Assembly: GCA_965223505.1 (NCBI GenBank)
Contig: CBDCWP010000038.1
Location: forward strand, 64,001 to 128,000
Source: Planctomycetota bacterium
Lineage (GTDB): Bacteria; Planctomycetota; PLA2; JAEUHO01
Reading direction: 5' to 3'
DNA length: 64,000 nt
Shown: piece after piece, positions 20,629-31,383 of the stretch
Numbering within the stretch: the first letter of the stretch is position 1
Layout of the letters: the number at the start of each line of letters is the position of its first letter
Program-made: the position numbers and the translations under genes
Notes under the pieces: model-generated
The model's database searches: none
What the model was told of the DNA's origin: nothing
What the model saw: only the letters and a program-made list of their open reading frames with translations

Positions 20629-23379
20629 TCAGTCGTCGAGGCGCTGCATGGTGAAGATCAACTTCGTGATGTTGCCGGCGTACTTCTCGCCGGTGTCCTG
20701 GTCGATCAGCTCCAGGACGTTCTGATCCTTCGTCAGCACCGTCAGCTTCTTCTGGATCGGCGCGTAGCCCGGCCGCTCGATCCAGACCTGGTACGGCCCC
20801 GGCAGGGCCGGGCCGATGAAGTACACGCCGGGCTCGTCTTCGATCAGGAACAGATCCGATGCCGTTCGCCACTCCTCCGTCGTCCCCAGCGGCCCGCCCA
20901 GCGTGCCGCGGTGCAGCAGGTCGAGCCAGTCCGACGCGTCGCGACCATGTTCCATGTCGACCATCGCGTCTTCGACAGGGCGTGACGATCCTTCTTCCTG
21001 GAGCAACAGCCGCAGCCAACCGCCCTCTTCGAGCTGCATGTCGCAGACCGTGCGCACGTTGTCGGAGAACCGCTCGAGCTCGACGCGTTTGGCCCGCGGC
21101 GCGTACCCGGGCGCCCAGAAGGCGAGATCCGCCGGCTCCTGCGGGTCGAATCCCTGCAGCACGTACTCGCCCTTCTCGTTCGTACGCGTGGTGCGGAACA
21201 GCACCTCGCGCGCGAGCGCCGCGCTGAACAACCCGCGCCGCGCGACGAGCTGGTCGCTGCTCAGCTTGCGCCAGCCGTCGTCGAAGGCGGCCACCCGGGC
21301 GCCGGCGACGGGATCGCCCGCCTTGTTCGTGACGACGCCGCGCACCTGCATGCCGCGGCCCAACGTCACGTCGCCGAGGTCCTCGGACGTTCCGGCCTTC
21401 AGCGGCAGCGTCTTCAGGGATCGGCGGCTGTGCGTGAGCAGTGCGAGCTTCACGCCGCGCGAAGGCAGGTCCGGGATCGTGTACGCGCCGTCGCGCGTGG
21501 CGACGCCGCGGTCGAACAGGATGCGCCCCTTGTCGGTACGAACCATGACGTGCAGGAAGCTGATCGGCGTGTCGTCGACGCCGTCGACGGCCCGGAACGA
21601 TACGGCGGCGGACTCGGCGAGCACGAGCTTGTGCGTGGCCTTGCGGCCGGGCGTGATCAGGACGAAGTCGCGCGGCAGGTACGGGCGCGGATGCGGCGCG
21701 TCTGCCGCGAGCGGCCCCGGCTCGTAGCCGTACGCGAGCACGACGTTGGGCGACATGCTCTCGACGCCTTCGAGGCGGAATCGCCCCTCCGCGTCGCTGA
21801 CGGCGCTGATGCCGGCCGCGCGCACGGTCACGCCGCGCAACGGCTCGTTGCGCTGGTTCGTGACCGTCCCTTCGACGCGGCGCGCATCGTCGGTGATCGC
21901 CGTTTCCATCGTCATCAACAAGGGGCCGTTGGTCGGGAGCTCGACCTGGCGCAGCAGGCTTCGGCGCCCCGGAACGTAGGCGCGAACGAAGTACGTGAGG
22001 CCGGGCAACCCGCGCAGCCGAAATCCGCCCTTGGGGCCGGTGTAGGCCACGAGATCGTCGGGTCGCGGCTGATCGCCGTCGCGCGGCTCGCGCGACACGA
22101 GCACGCGTACGCCCCGCGCCGGTTCGCCGTCCGGGTGTCGCAGCACCCCCTCGAGCACCTCGCCGTCGGGCGGGTCGAACGTGATCGAGACGGTCTCGCC
22201 GGGGGCGCCCTGCACGATCGAGTCCACGGGCACGCCGGCGCCCCGCACGGACACGCGCAACGGCACGTTCGGCAGCAGGCCGGTGAAGGTGGCCTCGCCG
22301 TGCTCGTCGAGCGGCAACTTGCGCGGTTCGTCGAGCACCTGTCCGGGGCCGAACACCTCGCGCAACAAGGCGGCGACCTGGGGCTCGACCATCACGTAGG
22401 CGCCGGGGTCCCCCGCGGTCGAGAGCACCTCGCATTCGATCCGCGTCTCGGCGTCCGTGAGCTGAAGGTCGCCGACCTCGGTCTCGGTCGCGCCGACGGC
22501 GGGCGGACTGAGCTCGACGGCGTGCTCGGCATAGCCCGTCGCGCGCGCACGCAGTGAGAGCAAGGCCGTAACGGGCCCTCGCCAGGTGAAGGAACCGTCC
22601 TTCGCTGTGGTCGTTTCGACGCCGAGAGGGCCGGGCACGCCGTAGCCGCTGACGCGCGCGTCGGGAACGGGCTTGCCGTCCGGATTGACGACGCGCCCTC
22701 GAATCCGCCAGGCGGCCTCCAGTATCGCTTCCACGTCCTTGTCGACGCCGGTTCGAAGTCGAAGGCGCGGGCCGCGACGCTCGGTCGTGGTGCAATCGAC
22801 AATGACGAACCCGGGCGTGAGGTCGTCGAGGATCAACGCGCCGCCTTCGTCGGTGCGTCGCAGCCCCCATGGACTCGCCGGCTCCACGCGAACGGCGACG
22901 TTCTCAGCCGGTCGTCCGTCGGGCTCGCGCACGCGAACGACGATCGAAGGCGCGGCCTCCGGCAGCTCGATCCGCGTTTCGGGCCCGAGCTCGGCGGCGC
23001 TGACCCAGTGCCACTGATGTCCGACCGCGCCGAAGGCGACGCGCGGCTGCTCGGCGAAGACCCGCAGCCGCTGCACGGGTTCGCCTTCCTCGGAGCGACG
23101 CTCGATGCGCGCCCCGAACGTCGCCTTCAGGGGGCCGCGCAGGATGCCGTTCGGACCGGTGACCTCGATGTCGACCCAGTCGGTGGCGGCGCCGATGGCG
23201 TCGGCGACATCGGCCGGCGGCGTCGCCGCCTCGGAATCGGGGTCGTCGATCTCGGGGATCGGGTCGTCGTAGGGGTCGCGCGGGCCGCGGCCGCCGTCCA
23301 GGAGCCGCGGGACGATGAGAAAGCCGCCGACGCCGATGATGACGAAGAAGGCGATGACGTAGATCCAGCCCTCGCGCAT
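20629..23379 (-). CDS. Membrane-anchored protein with multiple carboxypeptidase-regulatory-like (beta-sandwich) repeats
   Basis: ATG 23379 then an N-terminal TM; repeated G.V...G.P...A.V and T...G.F/Y.L.GL motifs. Confidence 0.75.
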   Translation of the reverse strand: MREGWIYVIAFFVIIGVGGFLIVPRLLDGGRGPRDPYDDPIPEIDDPDSEAATPPADVADAIGAATDWVDIEVTGPNGILRGPLKATFGARIERRSEEGEPVQRLRVFAEQPRVAFGAVGHQWHWVSAAELGPETRIELPEAAPSIVVRVREPDGRPAENVAVRVEPASPWGLRRTDEGGALILDDLTPGFVIVDCTTTERRGPRLRLRTGVDKDVEAILEAAWRIRGRVVNPDGKPVPDARVSGYGVPGPLGVETTTAKDGSFTWRGPVTALLSLRARATGYAEHAVELSPPAVGATETEVGDLQLTDAETRIECEVLSTAGDPGAYVMVEPQVAALLREVFGPGQVLDEPRKLPLDEHGEATFTGLLPNVPLRVSVRGAGVPVDSIVQGAPGETVSITFDPPDGEVLEGVLRHPDGEPARGVRVLVSREPRDGDQPRPDDLVAYTGPKGGFRLRGLPGLTYFVRAYVPGRRSLLRQVELPTNGPLLMTMETAITDDARRVEGTVTNQRNEPLRGVTVRAAGISAVSDAEGRFRLEGVESMSPNVVLAYGYEPGPLAADAPHPRPYLPRDFVLITPGRKATHKLVLAESAAVSFRAVDGVDDTPISFLHVMVRTDKGRILFDRGVATRDGAYTIPDLPSRGVKLALLTHSRRSLKTLPLKAGTSEDLGDVTLGRGMQVRGVVTNKAGDPVAGARVAAFDDGWRKLSSDQLVARRGLFSAALAREVLFRTTRTNEKGEYVLQGFDPQEPADLAFWAPGYAPRAKRVELERFSDNVRTVCDMQLEEGGWLRLLLQEEGSSRPVEDAMVDMEHGRDASDWLDLLHRGTLGGPLGTTEEWRTASDLFLIEDEPGVYFIGPALPGPYQVWIERPGYAPIQKKLTVLTKDQNVLELIDQDTGEKYAGNITKLIFTMQRLDD

Positions 23380-23544
23380 GGTGGCGATCGTACTCTCGCG
23401 CGGACCATTCCACGTGAACGATTGGACGACACGGTCGGGCGTCACCGGCCCGGACCCCCGATCACCGCCGAATTTCCCGGGGCCCCCCAAACGTGTCATC
23501 GCGCGAGCGGCCGCCGCGGCTACGCCTCGGCCTGCGCGCCGACG

Positions 23545-24153
23545 CTAGCGGGCCCCGCGCTCGACGTCCGACGCGACCCGATCCATCCAGTCGCACATCC
23601 ACGACGGCAAGGAGAGCGAACGACGCACCGCCTCGCCGCCGTCCGCCAGCACCGCCGCGGCCCGCGAGTCGCGCGTGCTGCGAAGCCACGCCGACTCGGT
23701 CGACGCCGGATCCTCGGCCGCGTCGGCGACGCCCGTCACCCGCTGCAACGACGGTCCGCCGGACGGCCCGTGCGGATAACCCAAGACGGCGTACCCCGCG
23801 ACGAACAAGACGCCGATGCCCGTGACCAAGCCGAGCGCGGCCCCGAGGCCGCGACGCAACGCGCCGTCCGTTCGTCGCGTCTCGAACCAACCACCGAGAA
23901 ACGAGAAGAGCACCGCGCCGGCAACGAGGGTCGCGACGAACACGACCACCCACGCGGTCGCGTCACGCATCGAACCGTCGAGGCCGGCGACCTTGGAGAC
24001 CGTCGTGGCGACCGCTGACCCGAAACGCGTCGCGACGAAGAGCCCCGCGCCGATCACCAGGACCGTCATGAGCTGGCGCAGCGCGCCCCGCAACGCACCC
24101 CACACCGCGAAGAGCAGGAGCACCGCCAGCACACAAACGTCCGCTGTGTTCAT
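23545..24153 (-). CDS. cvpA: CvpA (colicin V production) family membrane protein
   Basis: MNTADVCVLAVLLLFAVWGALRGALRQL and RGLGAALGLVTG motifs typical of CvpA; near purF. Confidence 0.7.
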   Translation of the reverse strand: MNTADVCVLAVLLLFAVWGALRGALRQLMTVLVIGAGLFVATRFGSAVATTVSKVAGLDGSMRDATAWVVVFVATLVAGAVLFSFLGGWFETRRTDGALRRGLGAALGLVTGIGVLFVAGYAVLGYPHGPSGGPSLQRVTGVADAAEDPASTESAWLRSTRDSRAAAVLADGGEAVRRSLSLPSWMCDWMDRVASDVERGAR

Positions 24154-24162
24154 CGCACGAAC

Positions 24163-24657
24163 CTACGGAAACGCCCGGAGCGAGGAGATGGCGCGAAGGT
24201 CGACCTCACCCTCGTCGGTGACGTGCGCTACGCCCTTCGCCGAGATGCCGTCGCGCTCCGCCTCGACGAGCACGCTTCCGTCGTCCTCGATGTCCAACAA
24301 CACGACACACTCGTATCCCTGCGCCCGCATGTGACGCCGCACGATCTCACCGGCGTCGAGGGACGTCTGCGGGGACGACGAACGCCCCATCGGAACGCCG
24401 CGCTCCATCAGGTCGCGCGTCCGTTTCTCGATCGCGTCGATTCGTGGCGCGATCGACGAGGTCACCCTCGCCGCCTGGTCCGCGATCTCGGCTTCGGCGC
24501 GCTCGCGCTGCGCGTCCTGTTCGCCGTGCAGCCGCGCGATCTTGTCGCGAAGCTGAACCATCTCCAACGCGAGCTGCTTCGTGGCGGCACGGTTGCCGAG
24601 TGCGATGAACAACGCGACGGCAGCAACGACACAGGCGATGACGGCGAGCCAGATCAC
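24163..24657 (-). CDS. Hypothetical protein, N-terminal TM plus coiled coil
   Basis: GTG 24657 lies 6 nt after a TACAAT element; hydrophobic N-terminus, then a heptad-like region. Confidence 0.65.
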   Translation of the reverse strand: MIWLAVIACVVAAVALFIALGNRAATKQLALEMVQLRDKIARLHGEQDAQRERAEAEIADQAARVTSSIAPRIDAIEKRTRDLMERGVPMGRSSSPQTSLDAGEIVRRHMRAQGYECVVLLDIEDDGSVLVEAERDGISAKGVAHVTDEGEVDLRAISSLRAFP

Positions 24658-24778
24658 GGGCGCATTGTAGAAGCCAAACTGGCTTCGCCTCATCCCTTGT
24701 CCCGAGTCGATGCGAACAACGCAAGGCGCTCTCGAGTGTTCTCGCGCGGGTCCAGCGCTGCGAGAGGATCGATGCGGG

Positions 24779-25558
24779 CTAGAAGGAGATCAGGACCGCG
24801 CCCGTCACGAAGAGGAACGACATCAGGGAGAACAGCGAGAACCCCATCAGCAGCACGGAGCGCGAGATCGGCCCGCCGAGCACCAGTCTCGATGCCCCGC
24901 ACCAGCCCAGGATCTGGAGCGGCAGGACCCACACGGCGCGGTCGCTGCGCAAGATGATGTGCGGGTACATCAGGTCGCCGATCACGATGCCGCCCAGCAG
25001 CAGCGAAAGCAGGACGAGGTTCGCCCAGGACGGCGGCTCGAGATCCACGAGCCGCACGCCGACACCGACGAGCAGCATCAGCACGCCCAGCACCAGGGCG
25101 GCGAGGATCAGCTGCCCCTTGAGGCTGTCGGGTGTCGCGTCGTGGGCGACGCGCGCAAAGCGGATGAAGAACACCTCTTCGTCCGCACTCGGGAGCTCCG
25201 CCGGAAGCCGCGGCCTCGTCGGCTGCGGAAGCGGGAAGTAGGCCTCGGTCGCGTCGGCGTCGACCGGCAACGGCTCGGCGCCGGACGCAGGCGCAGGCCG
25301 CACCGGAGCCTTCGATCGCGCGACGTAGTGGCTCGTCGTGTAGCGGCGCACGATCTCGCTGCGGCGCACCGTGATGCGGTTGTCGGCGTGCATGCCGGTG
25401 AGGCGCACGACAATGCTGTCGTCCGTCTCGCTCATGGCGTAGCCACGCAGCACGACCCCGTTGTCGAGGACGAAGATCTCGTCGGCTTCGGCAGCCGGGG
25501 CGCAGGCGAGCCACGCCGATCCGGTTAGGCAGATGATGAGGAGTATGCGCAGGGCCAC
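24779..25558 (-). CDS. Hypothetical exported/membrane protein
   Basis: Signal peptide, D.....NG..L.G small beta domain, C-terminal 4 TM segments. Confidence 0.65.
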   Translation of the reverse strand: MALRILLIICLTGSAWLACAPAAEADEIFVLDNGVVLRGYAMSETDDSIVVRLTGMHADNRITVRRSEIVRRYTTSHYVARSKAPVRPAPASGAEPLPVDADATEAYFPLPQPTRPRLPAELPSADEEVFFIRFARVAHDATPDSLKGQLILAALVLGVLMLLVGVGVRLVDLEPPSWANLVLLSLLLGGIVIGDLMYPHIILRSDRAVWVLPLQILGWCGASRLVLGGPISRSVLLMGFSLFSLMSFLFVTGAVLISF

Positions 25559-25623
25559 GGTTTCTCATCGGCCATCGGGAGGCCCACGCCCAAGCGCATC
25601 CTTCGGAAGCGGCCAATTCGCGG

Positions 25624-26334
25624 CTAGGGGGCGCTGTCCTGCTCCGCGACGACGCCGTCGAAGATGGTGAGCCAGCGGCGCGCGTGACGGGCGACGTTGT
25701 CGTCGTGCGTGATCAGAACGACGGTCGTCCCGCGGGCGTTCTCTTCGTCGATCAGCTCCAGCACGCGGCCGCCCGCGGTGCTGTCGAGGTTGCCCGTGGG
25801 CTCGTCGGCCAAGAGCAGCTTCGGATGTTTCACGAGCGCTCGGGCCAGCGCAACGCGCTGCTGTTCCCCGCCCGAGAGCTGGCCGGGATAGTGCGTCACC
25901 CGCTCGGCCAGCGCGACGCGGTCGAGCGCCTCGGCCGCGCGGCGGCGACGCTCGGCTCGCGTCAGTCCCCCGTACAGCAACGGCAGCTCCACGTTGCGCA
26001 GTGCCGTCTCGTCACGCAACAGGTTGAAGCGCTGAAAGACGAAGCCGATCGTCCGGTTGCGCACGGCCGCGAGCTCCCGGTCCGACAGGCCGGACACGTC
26101 ACGCCCTTCGAGCAGGTAGCGCCCGGCGCTGGGACGGTCGAGACAACCGAGCATGTGCAACAACGTGGACTTGCCGGAGCCGGACGGACCGGTCACGGCG
26201 ACGTACTCGCCGGTCTGAAGCTCGAGATCGACCGGCTTCAGCGCCTCGACGTCCACCGCGCCCGACTTGTAGGTGCGCGCGACCCCGTCCATGTGAACAA
26301 GCGCGCCGTTGTGCTGATGGGCGTCCTGGGTCAC
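25624..26334 (-). CDS. ABC transporter ATP-binding protein (LolD/MacB-type)
   Basis: [46 protein letters not shown] overlaps the upstream stop. Confidence 0.93.
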   Translation of the reverse strand: MTQDAHQHNGALVHMDGVARTYKSGAVDVEALKPVDLELQTGEYVAVTGPSGSGKSTLLHMLGCLDRPSAGRYLLEGRDVSGLSDRELAAVRNRTIGFVFQRFNLLRDETALRNVELPLLYGGLTRAERRRRAAEALDRVALAERVTHYPGQLSGGEQQRVALARALVKHPKLLLADEPTGNLDSTAGGRVLELIDEENARGTTVVLITHDDNVARHARRWLTIFDGVVAEQDSAP

Positions 26335-27623
26335 GTGAGCCTCCGGCTGAGAACGCGAGCGGGCTGCAACCTGGCCGCCCGGCGCGCGGGAACGACCGAC
26401 GAAAACAGGCCGAGCACGATCGCGATCCCGGTCGCGACCAATGCGTACCCGGCATCGAAGCGGAAGGGGAACTCGACGATGTCGCGCAACACCGATGCGC
26501 CCCAATAGCCGAGCGGCAGGCCCGCCAGTCCGCCGACCAACGACAACAACACGCCTTCGACCGTGATCTGCAGCGCGACGTCGCGGCGTCGCGCGCCCTC
26601 GCAGCGGCGCACGGCAAGCTCGTCGTAGCGCTCGCGGATCGTGATCAGGTTGAGAGTCGAGATCATGATCACAGCCACACCGACGATGATGATCCAAACG
26701 ATGTTGCCGATCAACGCACCTTGCTGCGTCTGCGCGCCCATCGCATCCATCCAGTCGCGCCGGCAGAACACCCCGATGTTGCTCGTGAGCCCCAGGAGGC
26801 CCTTGGTGGCGTCTTGCTTGAACACGGTCAGTAGGCGGTCGCGCGCTTTCGTGACGGCCGCATCGTCCGGCAGCGCGACCGAGATGCCGGTGAACTGGTC
26901 CGACTCGACCGCGGACGCAGGCACGTAGACGTTGCGGAACGAGAGCAGGCTGCTGGTGAGGGTGCGCGCGCCGCGGCCTTCGTCGAACGTCTCGAAGAGG
27001 GCGCGGTAGGTGAGCGGATCCGACAGCACCCCCACCACCGTCATCCGGCGCGTCGCGTCCGGTAACGTGACCTCGACGGTGCGGCCGACCACGTCGTCGG
27101 GCGTAACGCCGGGGAAGAGCTGACTTGCGGTCTCCGCGTCGAGCGTGCAGCTTGCCAGGGTCGCGTCGTCGCCGTTCCGCAGCCAGCGTCCGGCAGCCAG
27201 CTCGATGTTCAGGGTGCGCACGTACCCCGGCGCGGCGGCGACGATCTGTACGCGGTCGAGCTTGACGTCGCCCTCGATGCCGCCGCTCACCTGCCGGCGC
27301 GGCACCACGACGGCGTTCGGAATGTCGCCCATCAGGTCACGAATGCGCTGCACCTGCTCGTCGCCCAGCTCTTCGCGGCGCATGCCGGGCCGCAGGATCG
27401 GGAGGCGTCCGACGTCGACGGTGAAGCGGCCGAACTGCCGTACGTCGCGCTGGATGTCCTCGTCCATGCCGTAGGAAAGCGAGATGACGTTCACCGTGAC
27501 CGCGATCGCGACGGCGCTCGTGAGCGCCGTGAGGAGACTGCGGAGCGGGCGACGCAACACGTGCAAGACGCCTTCGCGGACGACGTCCCAGAAGCGCGCG
27601 AACCGGGGCGTACCGTCACTCAT
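26331..27623 (-). CDS. ABC transporter permease (MacB/FtsX family)
   Basis: RPLRSLLT, periplasmic domain (AGRWL), RERYDELAVRRCEGARRRD, PARRAARLQP. Confidence 0.88.
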   Translation of the reverse strand: MSDGTPRFARFWDVVREGVLHVLRRPLRSLLTALTSAVAIAVTVNVISLSYGMDEDIQRDVRQFGRFTVDVGRLPILRPGMRREELGDEQVQRIRDLMGDIPNAVVVPRRQVSGGIEGDVKLDRVQIVAAAPGYVRTLNIELAAGRWLRNGDDATLASCTLDAETASQLFPGVTPDDVVGRTVEVTLPDATRRMTVVGVLSDPLTYRALFETFDEGRGARTLTSSLLSFRNVYVPASAVESDQFTGISVALPDDAAVTKARDRLLTVFKQDATKGLLGLTSNIGVFCRRDWMDAMGAQTQQGALIGNIVWIIIVGVAVIMISTLNLITIRERYDELAVRRCEGARRRDVALQITVEGVLLSLVGGLAGLPLGYWGASVLRDIVEFPFRFDAGYALVATGIAIVLGLFSSVVPARRAARLQPARVLSRRLT

Positions 27624-28896
27624 CGGCGAGCCCCCGCACGGGCTCCTGCTTGCTCGCCCGAATGGCCGGCAACAGCGCTGCCAGCAGCCCGATGATCATC
27701 GCCACGGCGCAGGCCCAGGCGGCTTCCCGAAACGGGAACGTCCACGTGAAGCCGGCCACCGGCTCGAGCTCCGCACGCAGCTCCGCCAGCATCATGCCGA
27801 ATACGCAACCCAGCCCGCAGCCGATCGCGCTCAGCAGGAGGCCTTCGATGAGGAAATGCGACGCGATGTCCCGCCGCGTCGCGCCTTCGACCCGGCGAAT
27901 CGCGATCTCGCGCGAGCGGCTGAGGACGTTGAGCAGTCCGAGATTCGCCATCACGACCGCGCCCATCGCAAGACACGCGAGGAACATGGCGATGTTCACG
28001 GCGCCGAAGCGATCGACCTCGTTGCCGGTGACGACGGGCAGGACGAGGGGGTACAGCGTGACGACCGTCTTGTCGCGCTCGACCATCGACTGACGCATCG
28101 CCGTGGCGGCATCCGAGACGTTGACCGTGTCCACGCGCATGTAGATCCAGTCGAGCACCGCCGCCTCGCCCGCGACCTGCGCGGGCACGTACACGCATTG
28201 CTCGGACCGTTTCCACTCGTCGGACACCACGAGCGGAATGCCCATCACCAGCAGGAACTGCTGCGCGACGCTCTGATAGAGCGGATGCGCGAGGTCCATG
28301 CCGAGGTCGTCGGTCGTCAGCGCGGTCTCGTTGCGCGCCTTCGTCACGCCCACGACCTCGAGATCGCCCATCCGGCTCGAGACGCGAATGGTGTCGCCCG
28401 GCTCGATCGACGGCCGGCCCAGCCAGCGGGCGACGCGCGCTTCGACGACGCACTTCTCGCCGTCGTCGTCCGCACGCAGCCAGCGGCCCTTCTCGAGCTC
28501 CATCCCGCGAGCGCGGGGACCGTCGGGCGTCGAAGCCAGCACGGTGCACACGTCGTCGGTGTCGCCCCCGGGCTTCGGCACACGTTGACCGATCTTGAAT
28601 CCGCCGAGCGCGCGAACGCCGAAGCCCTTCTGCTCGACCGCGTCCCGCAGGTGGGTCATGTCGTCGGTACGCAGAACGGTGTCGCGCGCCGACGTCGGGT
28701 CGGCCGTGACGGCGATGCGATTGGCGCCGAGCTCCGTGCCCTGATTGAGCGCGGCATCGCGGGTGCCCTGGATGACCGCGCTCGGGAAGATCGCGACCGC
28801 GACGCCCCATACCGTGCCCTGCAAGAGCAGGAGCGAGCGGATCGGACGGCGACGCAAGCGGCGCAGCGCCAAGCCGAGGGTGGAGGCGACCTTCAT
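27616..28896 (-). CDS. ABC transporter permease (MacB/FtsX family)
   Basis: RPIRSLL, KGRWL, RSREIAIRRVEGATRRDI..HFLIEG, PAIRASKQEP. Confidence 0.88.
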   Translation of the reverse strand: MKVASTLGLALRRLRRRPIRSLLLLQGTVWGVAVAIFPSAVIQGTRDAALNQGTELGANRIAVTADPTSARDTVLRTDDMTHLRDAVEQKGFGVRALGGFKIGQRVPKPGGDTDDVCTVLASTPDGPRARGMELEKGRWLRADDDGEKCVVEARVARWLGRPSIEPGDTIRVSSRMGDLEVVGVTKARNETALTTDDLGMDLAHPLYQSVAQQFLLVMGIPLVVSDEWKRSEQCVYVPAQVAGEAAVLDWIYMRVDTVNVSDAATAMRQSMVERDKTVVTLYPLVLPVVTGNEVDRFGAVNIAMFLACLAMGAVVMANLGLLNVLSRSREIAIRRVEGATRRDIASHFLIEGLLLSAIGCGLGCVFGMMLAELRAELEPVAGFTWTFPFREAAWACAVAMIIGLLAALLPAIRASKQEPVRGLADE

Positions 28897-28948
28897 GCCA
28901 CCGAAAGGCTACGAAGGAGCGCGGGGGCGGCCGCCCTGGGTCCGAGCG

Positions 28949-30457
28949 CTACGCCGAATGTCCAAGCGCGGCCGTGGGCTGCGAACGACGGGCGCGAAGC
29001 AGGGGCAACGACCACAGGGCGAGGAGGCACAGCAGCCCGGCCACCGTAAGCGGCGCTCGCAGCGATGTCGGCGGCGGGACCACGTCGGGCTTCGCCGCCG
29101 TGATCCAGGTCGGATCGAACGGCGCAACGTCGCGGCCCAGTCGCGATGCATCGAGATCGAGCAGCCCGCGAATGCGCACGCCGGCGGAAGCCGCCTCGCC
29201 GCCGATCAGGTTCTCGAGGAACAGCGGCCAGAACGCGGTGTCGATCAGCGGCGTCGCGCCGCGCGTCGGATCCGGCGCGAATCGAAGGGCGCCGTTGCTG
29301 CGCGCGACGAGCACGGGCCAGTTCGAGCCGCCACCGCGTCCCAGCAGGAGGGTCTCCCCGTCCCGCATCCGCTGCGCACCGCGACGGTACTGAAGGTCCG
29401 CGCCGCGCACGCTCAGATCCCGGGTCAACGCGTGGCGACGCACGATGTCGACGCCAGCGGGCGCGGACACGACGGCGTCGTCACGGATGGGATCGAAGGA
29501 GACGCGCGACGCCGCACCGACGGGCTTGCGGCCGCTGACGAACGCGATGTCGCCGTCCTCGGACTCCCGGTAGCCGGCTTCGCCCACCGCGGCGATCAGC
29601 CCGTCGCGAATCGCGTCGCGAAGACGCGAAGGCAAGTCGGGGTCGATCGACACGCTCGCGGGACGCGGATCGAGCACGACCTCGTCGTCGGCCGGCAGAT
29701 CGTCGACGGGGAGATCGCTCGTGCACACGAGCTTTGCGCCCGCTTCGATCGACGACGTCTCCAGGGTGAACGAACGGTACGAACCGGGCTGCATGTCGTC
29801 GAGCGTGACCTGCTGTTCGCCCAGCCGTACCGTCGCTGACGTCACTCTGGTCGCGTCGTTGAGGACCGTCCCGAACACCTCGTACCCGCCGTCCTTCGCC
29901 GAAACGTCGACGGCGACGATGCCGACGTTGCCGGCGTCCGGGTTCCCGATCGCGACCCAGCGCACGTCGCCGGGGTCCGTCTCCGGCAGGCGATCGGAGA
30001 TGACGATGCGAACCGCCGCCGGCGCGGCGCGGGCGGCCGCGAGCAGGTCGTCGTCGCTCGGCCGCAGCAGTCCCAAGGCTGGCTCGTGGATGACGACGGG
30101 GTCGGCGCGCGTCGTCGCCGCGACGTGCGCGAGGACCTGCCCGTACCGATCCGCGTAGCCCTCCGACGCCTCGACCGAACCTGCCGCGACGACGACGCGC
30201 ACCCGCCGCTCGGGATCGCCGCCGTCGATGCGCGGTCCCATGGCGGCCAGCGTGAGCAGCGCGGCTGCGCACATCGCGAGCACGGCTTCCAGATCGAGAC
30301 GCCGCGTGCGGGGCCGATGCTCGCGCTCGTCCTCGTCGACGAGGAAGAGCAACGTGGGCAGCTCGACGATCTGCGGCTTCGCCTTCCGCTTGTGGAGCCA
30401 GTAGATGACCGGCACGACCACCAGCCCGGCAAGGGCCCAGAATGCGGCGAACGTCAC
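28949..30457 (-). CDS. BatA N-terminal domain membrane protein
   Basis: GTG 30457 overlaps the DUF58 stop, GGAGG SD; FWALAGLVVVPVIYWLH.RK...ELPTLLFL; C-terminal TM. Confidence 0.7.
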   Translation of the reverse strand: MTFAAFWALAGLVVVPVIYWLHKRKAKPQIVELPTLLFLVDEDEREHRPRTRRLDLEAVLAMCAAALLTLAAMGPRIDGGDPERRVRVVVAAGSVEASEGYADRYGQVLAHVAATTRADPVVIHEPALGLLRPSDDDLLAAARAAPAAVRIVISDRLPETDPGDVRWVAIGNPDAGNVGIVAVDVSAKDGGYEVFGTVLNDATRVTSATVRLGEQQVTLDDMQPGSYRSFTLETSSIEAGAKLVCTSDLPVDDLPADDEVVLDPRPASVSIDPDLPSRLRDAIRDGLIAAVGEAGYRESEDGDIAFVSGRKPVGAASRVSFDPIRDDAVVSAPAGVDIVRRHALTRDLSVRGADLQYRRGAQRMRDGETLLLGRGGGSNWPVLVARSNGALRFAPDPTRGATPLIDTAFWPLFLENLIGGEAASAGVRIRGLLDLDASRLGRDVAPFDPTWITAAKPDVVPPPTSLRAPLTVAGLLCLLALWSLPLLRARRSQPTAALGHSA

Positions 30458-31341
30458 ATCACCTCCAGGATGATGCGTCGCAACAACGCCTCGGGCTCGA
30501 GGTCCGGCGCGAACGGCAGATAGTGCAACCCGACGGCGTGCGCGTGATGGGCCCACAGATCCGCGTGCGCCTTCGCGCGCGCCGCGACACGCGCGGCTGC
30601 AGGGGCGTTCAGTCGGATGCGACGCTCGACGCCCGACTCGACATCGCGCGCGAGGAACGCGCGCTGGGGCGCCGGCGCGGTCACCTCGGGTACGCGCATG
30701 TGCATCAGGGCGCCGCGTACGCTTCGGCCGGCGAGCGTGTGCAAGATGCCCGGGTCGGCGCGGGTGAGCAGATCGGAGATGAACTGAAAGCGCGCACCGC
30801 GGGGCACGCGCTTGACCAGCTTGGGCAACGCGGTCTCCAGACCCGCGCGGTCGGACGGGACGTCGCTCGAGAGCGCCTCCAAGACGGTGCGGATCTGCCC
30901 CGAGTTGGACGCTTCGAACAGGACGTTCGCGTCGCCGTCGCGCAGGCAGCCCAGGCGCACGCGCCCGCCCGCGCCGAGACCGACGGCACACGAAAGCGCG
31001 GCGGCGCGAGCGCTCGCGCCGCGTCCGCCGAACGGCGCCATGGACGCGCTGCCGTCCAACCACACCTCCGTGAGCACGTCCTTCTCGGCGTCGAACTGTC
31101 GCACCTGCAGCTTGCCGAGACGCGCCTCGACGTTCCAGTCGACGCGCCGCAGGTCGTCGCCCGGTCGGTACTCGCGATGCCCCCGGAACAGAAAACGCCC
31201 ACCCTCGCCACGGACGGCGCGTTGGCCGTCGGCCACACCCGCGTGCAACCGCCTGACCGCGGCCGGGACGATGGACAGCAGACGCAGGAACGAGATCGGG
31301 AAGATCGCGCTGTCGATGTCGGCTTGCCGGCGCATCGCCAT
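30454..31341 (-). CDS. DUF58 (MoxR-associated vWA) protein
   Basis: FRGHREYRPGDDLRRVDWNVEAR, LDGSASM, ISDLL. Confidence 0.88.
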   Translation of the reverse strand: MAMRRQADIDSAIFPISFLRLLSIVPAAVRRLHAGVADGQRAVRGEGGRFLFRGHREYRPGDDLRRVDWNVEARLGKLQVRQFDAEKDVLTEVWLDGSASMAPFGGRGASARAAALSCAVGLGAGGRVRLGCLRDGDANVLFEASNSGQIRTVLEALSSDVPSDRAGLETALPKLVKRVPRGARFQFISDLLTRADPGILHTLAGRSVRGALMHMRVPEVTAPAPQRAFLARDVESGVERRIRLNAPAAARVAARAKAHADLWAHHAHAVGLHYLPFAPDLEPEALLRRIILEVM

Positions 31342-31383
31342 GTGGAACGGTTCCCGTCGTCCTGCGTTCGAAGCGGCCCGGCG

